64,000 bases of DNA from Ophelia neglecta (lineage: Eukaryota). Below are positions 26,027-36,500 of the stretch, piece by piece; positions within the stretch are counted from its first letter, which is position 1; every line of letters begins with the position of its first letter. The notes under the pieces are model-generated. The model saw nothing but the letters and a program-made list of their open reading frames with translations. It was not told the origin of the DNA and searched no databases. Location of the stretch: positions 75,888,001-75,952,000 of the forward strand of contig OZ260663.1 in NCBI GenBank assembly GCA_965285935.1, given 5' to 3'. The translations under genes were made by a program, and so were the position numbers.

Positions 26027-29000
26027 AATATTACACTGTGTATTCCTTCCTTGAGGTCGTTCACAGTTGTCGATATTGTAAAGCAGAGACTTTGATACAA
26101 CCTAAACAAAGGAGGGAGGCAAATTAATCCCAGTAAAAATATGTTAAAACCAAGCTGAACCTAAACAAATATATTCGCATGTGTAATTAAAGGTTGTAAA
26201 TAACTCATATAAGGAAGATGTTTGTGGCTGATATTTATTTTGCCTAGGCAATAACCCGATTTTTGAGATGAAAGGGAAATTCCTTGGTTTATGATTTCGC
26301 CAGGCCTATGCATGGCCGTTTTTCTACCTCGATTACAGATAAAAACAGTGCAGGGGCTTACGTTTTTGTGTGATTTGTTAGTTTAGTAGTACCCCATGAT
26401 CAACTACCAAAAAAGAAAACAACAATGATATGTTTGATATTATATAAATAAAATCATTCATATGTTTGGCATCGTTTGGACCCAACCGTGATCACTTTTC
26501 TTCGCTTAGAAACATCTTTATAGGCAAAAATTTGATTCATGTGAACAAAATATAAAAAGGCACCCTAGATTTAAGCTAGCGTTATCTAGCCACCTTAACG
26601 AGCTGCTAAATTAATGGCGAGGTCTACAGTCCATGCAAAAACAGACTATCGAAGTACGCCGTCAACATGGATGTAGAAGGTGATTACGTATGGATATATT
26701 CATCGAACATTAACCTCCTGTATTTACCGCCTTAAAAAAGAAAAATGACAATGATTTATTTGTCTAAAGGTATAAACATTGCAGAGCCCTGTTTACAGGG
26801 TGTAAGCACCAAACAATATAAGTTGTTACTTCTTTTAGACATACATGAAGGGGTCAGCAATTACAGTCAACAAAACACTTGATTGATCTTCGCTGTATAG
26901 CTTGACAAGCATCTTTAAAATAATTATGCGTTTTGTAATGCTTACTTCGATGGCGGACAGAAACGTGACTTATAATGCTATGATGAAATAGCAATCTGGA
27001 TACTTTAAATGTCTTTGATGCTGCACTGCAAGGAATCCTTGTTTTTTTTTTGTTTTTTCGTTCTTTTTTTTTCGCTTCGCAATCAAATTTATGGTTTCAT
27101 CTGTACCAGTTCTGAAGTGTCCGGAAATATTCTTGAATTTAAAACATGACTGCATTTTTGTAGTTCCTAAATTAAAAATTGAGCTTTAAGTTGGCCTTCA
27201 AAATCTTATATAAGGTTATTGAACATTTTGCATTAGAAATCCCAAACTTTCAAGTTGAAGTTATCATATTGCCCTTGTGGGTTGTCTGCATCAAAATATC
27301 AGAATAATTATTGTTAGACAAAATGCCTTATCTGCAACACTTGTCACCATGTTTAATTTCAGAACTGGTGTCAGCTAACTTTCATCTTATCTGAAATCAT
27401 AACTTCAATGAGAATGTTTTTACTCTCATGGGTCTAGAATGGGTGTAAGCAAAACTTAATTTGTGATTTGAATGAGTTTTATATATTAGGTATACCTTGA
27501 GCTGGAATATCATGGGACCATTAAAATAATCTAATTTAGAATTCATAATATCAATACATTTCCTGTTGTATGTCCCTGCTAATTCGACTTGTTTTTATGA
27601 TGTAGATGTCCTTGTTTCTACTGTAAACGGCAGGATGCAAAAGTGAATGAAAAACAATCAGAACACCCAGTAAAAACGAACGACCTGTGAGAAAAATTAG
27701 CTTCGATGAGTCGTACATTGCTTAATAGTCAATATGGCGCAATTTTCACCTAAGCCATCCTAAAGAGGACGGCTGTCTCAATAATGTCATACTGATTTGT
27801 TACTGAGAACTAATTGTTCTCAAAACGAAATTTAAACATCTAGTGGTCATTCCGTTTTATCATGATAAATGCATATGCCGACATCTCCAGGCCACATTTA
27901 AATAACAGGGAAATAGATTTATAATAAGGTTTATGAGCTTTACGTACATATACATACTTTTCCGCATAACATGTACACTATTAAAAATTCTGTAAGCAAT
28001 TATACGTTATATAGTTTCACTTGTATATTTTAATCATAGATGCATCAGAGATTATTGCCTATATAAATGATCAATATTCGTACCATGTTCATGAAAACGC
28101 TTTGGGCCTAAATTGAATTGAATTGAATTGAAAAAAATTATTTGATTCTACAACGACAATTATTTACAATATATTTATATTGATGACAATAAGTAAGTAG
28201 AAACGTGGACGCCAGCAATGGCTAAAGCTGTATGAGCTGGACGCCCACATAGTATTCATGATTAGATGCCAGTTACCAGACTGCTTAAGGCTACATAGAG
28301 CGAATGTTATTTACATTGAGGGAACATTTCATAAAGTGAACGTAAACAAGCGAAAATAAGAAAAAGATAGCATAGAGAAAGAGGGCAAGGAAAGAAGGAG
28401 AGAGAGTCATACAAATTGGGTATCATTTTATAGACAAGAGAAATGTTGGACAGACTTAAGAGGGCAACTCAAATAATGCTAACAAAAGTAAGAACAAAAC
28501 TACCAAATGTAAAAAGTACACTATGGCTAAGCCATGTAGAACATATATTATGGCACACAATTAAGGCAAATGGGACAAACATTGTTCGTATACAATTTGA
28601 AATTAAACTATGGCTAGGCCATGTAGAAATTAACATATGATTAACATTGGAATATTGGTCACAGATATATCTTTTAGTGTGATTATTTTCATTGAACTCC
28701 TGCTAAACTTGAAAATCTAGACAAAGAATAACTACAGTCATGGAATGTAGTGAAAAAAATGATATTTTCGGTGCATCATAATCTCTGGCGAAAACCGGCC
28801 ACATTACACTTCAATTGGAACCTCGGGGCTCCGGGATGCACGCGGGGCTAGCGCCCCTTGTGAATCAGCTACGCCCCTCGGCAGTTAATCATTACATGAA
28901 ACATTAAAATCTTACCTGTTTTCTCTGTAACTTCAATAATTATGATATTCCTCGCCAATGCGTCCCTGCATCAATTCTTTGGGACGCCTCTCATTGGATG

Positions 29001-29266
29001 CACCAAATTGCTTGTTGCGCTGAAATTATACTTCAGCTTTCTGCGCTTTTAATCAAAAAGTTCGCAAAATTTACACTACTGTCAATAAATATGCACAAAA
29101 CAAGGCATGTAAATGCGGATGCATGTCCGCATAAATCATATTGCTATTAATTGGCTGAATAAATCCAATCAGAATGTACGTACTGCGCTTATCCGTGCAG
29201 CGTATACTCTCGCACACTTTCCAATTTCGTTCCATAGATCGATAGATATGTATAATCCATATATGT

Positions 29267-30134
29267 ATAGCCTATTCTATTCATATTATTATAATTCTCT
29301 AATAATGTAGGCAAATGAATCAAAAGACCACATGAGACTAACTATTTTATATTCTTTTCTGTAACATATTATGTAGAGCATACATTCGAGGATTTGGCCT
29401 TCCAGTTAGGCTTGGCTAAACTAAAGGTGGGAGAAAAATGGCCAAACTAGAACCCCCCCCCTCCCTGGGTTGGGGGGGGGGGGCGCATGCGCGTTTACGA
29501 TTTCTCGGTAAAAGGGGTACTTTTTGGGTTTTGATCTCGGGCCCGAGAATTCCCGGAAAAGAGGTCCATTTTCGTTTTTTTTCTCCCGAGAAATTGAAAA
29601 AAAGGGTCTTTTTTATCAGCCTCCCTAGAAATTAAAAATGGGTATTTTTACAAGGATTTGCCGATAAAAGGGTTGGAAAGTTACCCGAGAATGGGGGGGG
29701 GTAAACATAGAGAACACCCCTTCCATCTCCCATGCCTTTCTATGTGTTCAATTTAAATATGTTACCTCATGTTAATGCCCCCTATAAAAGGGGGTTAGGT
29801 GCTTCCTGGAGCCTGAGTATAGGGCGGTGATATTTCATCAAGCCTGAGTTAGGGGGTAAAAAAACCTAAAAAAAAACCGCGTTAGCCTGAGATAAGGGGT
29901 GAAAAATTCAATGCCTTTCCTGAGATAGGGGTCAGTTTTCAAAAGTGGTGAACAAGCCTGGGTACGCTCTAAAATGGCGGAGTAGGGGGGCCGGGAAACT
30001 AGAATGACTATAGACAAAATTTAATATCTTAATAGCCTATTCTATTCGTATTATTATGATTCTCTAATTATAGGGGCAAATGATTCAAAAGACAACATGA
30101 GGCTAGCTATTATTTATTATTTTATGTAACATAT
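29267..30134. repeat. ~100-bp diverged direct repeat (29267-29370 and 30032-30134) on either side of the MITE
   Basis: atagcctattctattc(a/g)tattattat...ggcaaatga(a/t)tcaaaagac(c/a)acatgag...tgtaacatat is present twice. Confidence 0.85.
29453..29995. mobile_element. 543-bp non-autonomous DNA transposon (MITE-like) with a 9-bp target-site duplication
   Basis: AAACTAGAA flanks both ends (29444-29452 and 29996-30004). Ends are C-run/CCC and GGG, internal subrepeats are CCCGAGA and CCTGAGWTAGGG, and there is no ORF. Confidence 0.8.
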
Positions 30135-30804
30135 ATTGTGGATTCCTGTGTTTATACCTACATGTACGTATGTATGTGCAGTTGAAGCCATTCACATTGC
30201 ATCCTAGCGAAATTGCCCTTTTACTGCTGTTAAATTGGGTTAAAATCTTGGATTTTATCTTGTCTGTAAGCTGTTTTATGGGCCGATTTGAACAACATAC
30301 CTTTTAACTTCGATCATCCGTCATATACCTCGGAAATGTTGATGAAAGTGAAGAATTATTGGCTGGAACAGACGCTATTTATGATTCATTCAATTGCCGC
30401 ATAATCTCGCAGCCGAATCTCGCGAAACACCGTTCAAATCTCGCAGGGCAAAGGCCAGCCAGAAATACTACTGCGAATCTATGTATTCTCTATATCTATG
30501 ATAGAACTACAATTTCTTAAATTGAATTAGATCTACATTGAAATGCAGCATGATTCCTGCATATTCCTGGTGGGATATATTACGTAGGCTTGTAAGCTTG
30601 TTATATGAAATCCAAAAGTACATATTTCTCGTAGGCCTACTCAATCAATAGACACCTCATACAGTTTCTATAATTCACATCCAAAGCATGCCGGCTGTCT
30701 GTTTCTATATGCATACATTGATACTTAAAGGTTATATCACTCATTGATGAAAGCTTCAGTACGTATATATCCATAAATGATATTTGAATTGCTGAAAAAA
30801 ATTT

Positions 30805-30811
30805 AAAAAAA
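30805..30811 (-). terminator. RNA polymerase III oligo-T terminator of 7SL
   Basis: T7 run immediately after ...GGGACCCATACC. Confidence 0.9.
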
Positions 30812-31106
30812 GGTATGGGTCCCACTGTATTGGACGGGCTACCGAACGCCGCCTATTCACAGGCGCGATCCCACTACTGCTCGACACGGAGACTTTTGCC
30901 TGCTGCGTTTCCGCCCTGGGCCGGTACGTCTCTCCTTAGACAACCTGGTACCCCTGGACTCCTCCGAAGGCACCATATTGATGCCGAGCTTAGCGCGGAC
31001 ACCCGATCGACATAGAACGACGAGCGACAGGAACCCCGCCCTCAAGCCGTCCACCACACCCGGCCTCCAAGTAGCTGGATTACAGGAGAGCGCCGCCACT
31101 CCCGGC
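30808..31106 (-). ncRNA. RN7SL: 7SL signal recognition particle RNA gene, full length (~300 nt)
   Basis: The minus strand begins GCCGGGAGTGGCGGCGCTCTCCTGTAATCCAGCTAC (Alu domain). It contains GATCGGGTGTCCGCGCTAAGCTCGGCATCAATATGGTG, the helix 6 GGAG tetraloop, helix 8 GCCCAGGGCGGAAACGCAGCAGGC and CAGTAGTGGGATCGCGCCTGTGAATAG, all closely matching metazoan 7SL. Confidence 0.98.
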
Positions 31107-31129
31107 CGACAACTCAAGATAAAGTGGTC

Positions 31130-31180
31130 TTAAATACACGAAGCAGGCCATGTAGGCAGGTTACCTGTCACTCGCAGTAC
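31130..31180 (-). promoter_or_regulatory. Upstream Pol III promoter elements of 7SL: TATA-like TATTTAA at about -30 and a PSE-like block at -44 to -74
   Basis: TATTTAA at 31136-31130. The block 31150-31180 matches 14471-14501, upstream of the second 7SL copy, at 22/31 nt. Confidence 0.55.
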
Positions 31181-31407
31181 ACTAAAGTTCCAAGGCAGAT
31201 TGGTTTACCACATAATATATACCACATAAGATGAACCTTCCGTAGAAGTCAAATGTTTAAGCTCACCTTGAGTTCAGCTGTGGTTAGTCTATCTTGTGGA
31301 ACCTATTCAGGTCCCGAGCGTTCTTCTATATTGGCAGCAATGCATGATATGGTAATTAGTATACGTTTCTATTGTCACAAGTCAAGATTCTTTTGGGGAA
31401 GGTGGAA

Positions 31408-31478
31408 GGCAACTGTCTACTACAACATTATCAATAATGTTCTAGAAGATTATTGATAATGTTCAGCAGACGGTTGTC
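31408..31478. repeat. Near-perfect palindrome (40-bp core with one mismatch, plus imperfect outer arms)
   Basis: AACATTATCAATAATGTTCT|AGAAGATTATTGATAATGTT at 31424-31463. Outer arms are ggcaactgtct and agacggttgtc. Confidence 0.9.
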
Positions 31479-32037
31479 TAGTCACTGTCTGGCTTGACCG
31501 TCTGGCACAATCTGTGACTGCCTGACTGCATATACCTGTGAATATGTATAGCACAGGTCCCGATGGTGCTGTGCTACACAGTATATGGTTTTTCACCTGG
31601 TCTGACAGTTCTGCCTATTAGAAAGAGACAATCATTACCAATAAATTTAATAGTAAGATATTATAGTCATATAATACAAATATTTATTTTGCTTGATATT
31701 AACAAGAAATGGATAGGCCCATTAATCTCATTTGAAATGTGTTAATTAAATTCATGGCCAGGGCCCCGCCTGTTTGAAGCAGGACCAAATCAAGCATACC
31801 TAGCCTTACTTGTGGACACAGGTTCACTGCATATTTAATTTTGTACATCAAATCACTAGGCCTGTATATCAGTCCATTTATTGCCAGACGAGTGTCCCGC
31901 GAATGACCACCTAGGGGCGGAGCAGACAGTGTCTGCAGCACAGTCTAGGATTTTGGTCACATTGGCCAACTGTCTGGTTTATAATTATTCCAACAAAATC
32001 TATTTAAACGTTTATACTAAGTCATTCCTAATTAGTC

Positions 32038-32088
32038 ATTCCTAATAAAGTGCTCCAGGGCGGCGCCCTGTCGCACTTTATTATGAAT
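32038..32088. repeat. Imperfect hairpin, possibly a MITE remnant
   Basis: ATTCCTAATAAAGTGC-tc-CAGGGCG-g-CGCCCTG-tc-GCACTTTATTATGAAT. Confidence 0.75.
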
Positions 32089-33580
32089 AACCCTGGAGCC
32101 TTGAACACTATCTCTCACGTAAAAGGCATAGAAGGGGTAGGACCACTTTATAATTTGCATAATAAAAGGACTTAGAGGAGTGAAATCGGACCATGGTTTA
32201 CTACAGCAACCTTGTCAATGCGCTTGGCCAGATAAAAGGCAATATATTCAATTCATATTAATATTTATTCCTGTTGTTTAATAATCTGAATGTATAATAT
32301 ATGTCATTAAAAACTTACAATTAATTATAACATGTATATTATTATAATCTGTATTCTATATATAATATGATTTATAAACTCTCTGGAAAGCCAAAAAATA
32401 ATAAACATTATTCATATACACACACCGTAAATTTGTTTCTACTCGAAACACAGTGAACCTGGGTAGTGAGTGTTGGTAAGATATGGGAATTTGATAATGA
32501 TGTTTTTCGTCAAAAGGAGAAGGTCTCACAGATCCTTAGAAATAATGAAAACTTTAAGAATGATAATCTAAGGAAAATTTGTCGAATATATTGCAGGTTC
32601 ACGGTTATTCCATTTTAAAACTCCAAATTCATGGATGTAAGCCTTCAGACACATTGAGAAATGACAGAGGTCGTTTGAATAATTAGATCCACTTCGCTTC
32701 GGCCCTCTGCCGGCAACCTGAAATCACAACGGCTCGGCCTTCACAGAAGAGAATACTGAATCCCGTGCCTCACAGGAAGCCATTTTGAATACTCAATGCG
32801 CATGCCCAACAATCATAATCAATATAGAAATAAGGTGTGATTGGTGTAAAATTGGTTGTATTTTATACGCGTTGATCGGCTCTGAAACTGCGTATTGTTA
32901 TAGACTTAATGGCCGCCACCACCAGACCTTGTAGCACATGAATGATGTCAAGTCCTGTCAATCCGGTATAACCGGCAAAAATGGTAATATTCTGAAAAAT
33001 GTTTAGGGTTGTAAATTCCAGGGTCGGTCGGGTAATCGGAAACTAATTATTTTGTTCTATGCCCAAGGCTCTGTGCCAGGGCATCAATTTCCAAGGCCGA
33101 TTTGCGAATGTATTATAGGTTGTTGTGAGACTAATTAAACACAATACATTTTATAGTAGTATAATTAAACGTGTGAAGTGACTGATTATTACGTTAAGGA
33201 CACAGCTAAAATCTGCCTTCTTCCTGCAATCGTTTTAAGGGATTGCTGAGGGCATCCGGCAGACAAAGTCAAGAACATATATTCTGAGTTATGAAGGTAT
33301 TCATATTTGTCAAAATGTACTAAGAATACACAAAGAAACATGGATAGATCATAATTGTATTTCAGCATTACCTGTTAAACTTATAATACATATATTGTAT
33401 ATAACAGTCGCAATATGGTCTAAATAAAATGTATTACATATCTTTATAGCGTTCACAAATATTCCATATTCTGTATTTATATTATAGTTTATGGCACACA
33501 TTTTACTGTGTTTGTGCTGGGGTTATTAAATTGAATTCATTAATATGTCTTTAAGTAGATCGAGTTGGTTATTACAAGTC

Positions 33581-36500
33581 CTATGTTATGTTGACGAAGA
33601 ACTTCGGCAGGTGTCGCCTTGTCACGGAAGCTGTAAGAAGAAGAAACATGTACGCTTGTGTGTACTATTCAGATAGATATGTTTCTAGAACGTACTTCTA
33701 GGCATTATTTCACGGTGGGGAGAATGACTACATGCTGTTCATTAATCATTCACAGTTAGTGTTACTTTGCGAGCCATTTCTTCACCAATTCAAGCGGACA
33801 CAAGTGCATATCACAGTTCTACTGTGAATGACATTAACCTCAAGCTTAATAATGGAATATGTACCTGCAACTCTGTGATAGCCGATAGTTTCTAAACCCT
33901 TAATGAAGCATAACAGTATATCTCGGAGAAAATCAAACTCCTGTCGTAATCGAGAAAACACTAGTTTAAGCATGGCTCCGCATCTCTTCCTAACATCACG
34001 ATGGTCCGTTTGAATTTCGTACACGTCTTGTTCAGTCAGCCCCAGAGCTAGGCCCAAGGACCTCCAGTTGACTAGCACCGATGAACACTGTTTTAGCTCC
34101 TCGAAGAGGGACATCAATCTATTGCCTTTTATTGCGAACAAAATATGAAAGACGATATTTCTTTTAAATTACGTTTGTAACGTTGCTATCGTGAATTCAT
34201 TTAGTGGAGAAATCAAGCAGATAACAATTGTTATAATTTGCTATTATTTCAAGTCTTGCCGATGCAGACGATAAGACTTGTCGATGGAGTTCAGACATTT
34301 AATAATTCATACCTTCGCCCTTGATGACGTAGGCACTGTATCTGTCTTGCACAAAAGAAGCCTCCCTGTGTAACCCACTCTCCTTCAGGGTCACAACTAG
34401 TTTTCTTACCTACATTGAAACGTAAAATTATTATCTTCTTTTATTTCATCGTGGGAAATGGTGAAGTATTTATGATCAAAATGATGCCAAATTTACGTGA
34501 ATGGTTATTGTTTTCTTACAAACTGCTATTGTCTGTTGTCTCGAAAATCGTGCTGAAAAAAATTCAAAGGCTTTTTATTTTCAAGTGGCTACTTACAAGC
34601 GTTCCCTCACTTTTCTTGGGGTTGAGATTACGCCAGCGCTTTAGTAACTTGAAAGACACCAGATCAATCGTATTAGAGCTGTTTACAATGTCGTTTGTAG
34701 TGCTGGCATTCAGAAGTTGTCTCCCGAGAGACATAACTTTTAATTCATCTTTTTCCATATCCCAAGACAATCGTTTGAGAAAGTCACCAGTTAGAAATCC
34801 TCCTGTTTTAAATGAAAACAATCTCGATATAAATTTGACAACTGTACCAAAATCCGACATAGGAGATAAAGATATTAGCTCTGTTGCTCAAAAATTAAGA
34901 TATTAATTTGTTACAAGCTCTATATGGCAGAGTATCGAGTTCATCCCTCTCATGGATAAGAATGTATTTTACAAAGCAAACATACCCTCAACGTCTGGCA
35001 GTCCCAGTTCTTCCATCACAGCGTTACGTTGAAGATGTCCGTCAGAAGGCCCCTGAATACAAAAGGGTACCTGCACTAGTTAATTCATTATTGTCATACA
35101 GAAACATGGAACAGACGACAAGAATGTACTGATTTCTCGAGCATTTTACTAATAAACTAGCAGCATAACATTGCTGACCGGCTCTTGTCCTTCTAGTACC
35201 AAGAAACAGTAGCAGCTGGTCCTGCAAATATTAACATGTCCATGTACTGTGTACAAGAGGCGTAAGTTAGGTGGTATTTGTTTAGATCTAAGAACGCTTG
35301 TCTCAAACAACGAAATGCCTGTAACTCTGAATATGATTTTAATAATTACGATCTTTACCAGTGTTTCCATATCCTAACGGTGAATTCGAACTCGTTTGCA
35401 AATTCACGACGAAGACAGGTGTCGGGCTGGTACTTGGAAATTTTCTTATCTTTGACGTATAATGTGACCTTGGAACTTCGGAGATCTACGGATGACCGAA
35501 TAAAATTGGTATTGTTTGGTAAGTACGAGGAAGAAGTGACCGTGAGGCTGGAACGGGATAGATAGTTTCTTCTTAGTATTTAATCTAACTCCTGGCATAC
35601 CTGACAGTTTACACCGCAAACCCAGTTTAACACTTCCAAAAGTGTTCTTTCCTGGTTTAGGGACAAACAGGCTGATAGGTCGTTTTGTGGGCTCGCTCGA
35701 GGTGACCTTGATGATGGGACTCACAGCTGCGGTGCGCATGGCATTCTGGGTTGGTATCAGTGTCCGAAGATCTGTCTCATTCATATCAAGGGGTTCAATC
35801 TGTGTACAAAAAAAAATTTTTACTTGTATAGAAAATCGTATATTTCTAATTGACTAAATTGTATATTGTGAAGGATGTTTCTTTTGAGCTTTTTCGACTA
35901 ATAATGAATTTTTACGTAGTCATGTTGAATTCAGAAACGATAAATACAATTCAAGAAAAGCAAGATTGTAGAAAATGATGAGCGTATTGCCAAGGAGCAA
36001 TTGTTAAACGGCCAGGGTTTAAAATATTATTCTAAAATAAAGCATCTACCCTTATTTTGACGGTAGCGGACGTATCAAAAGATCTCCGTGCGACTTGGAC
36101 ACGAATATTTGGTTCCATGGTTGAGTGAAACTCTGTTCCCACCTCTTCTACTTCTCTAGCGTCCTCAATATACCTGGCTTTTAGATCAAAGACCATCATT
36201 CTGAAAGGGTCATTGATAAGGACCTCCAAGAAGTCAAACTCTTGGTTGTCCACCGGCATGCGAACCATACGACATTCAGCAAATCTCCATTGCAGAAGGT
36301 CCACAGTGTAGAGAAACGACATGTGCTGGAGAACATCGTTATATACGCCTGTGTTTACAGGCATATACAAGTAGATAGGTTCCTGGAAATATATGAATTA
36401 TCAAACTACTCTTAATTTTTAAAAGGATTTGATGAATATGAGGAATTAACATTCATATCAAAATTTGATCCATATTCACATATATGGATAGAATATGGAC

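Noticed and set aside
32936-33002. C/D-box snoRNA candidate (ATGATG...CTGA, with CTGTCAATCC complementary to an 18S segment)
   Set aside because: The C box is non-canonical, no D' box follows the 10-nt match, it is not in a recognisable intron, and it abuts a MITE-like GGGTCGGTCGGG end.
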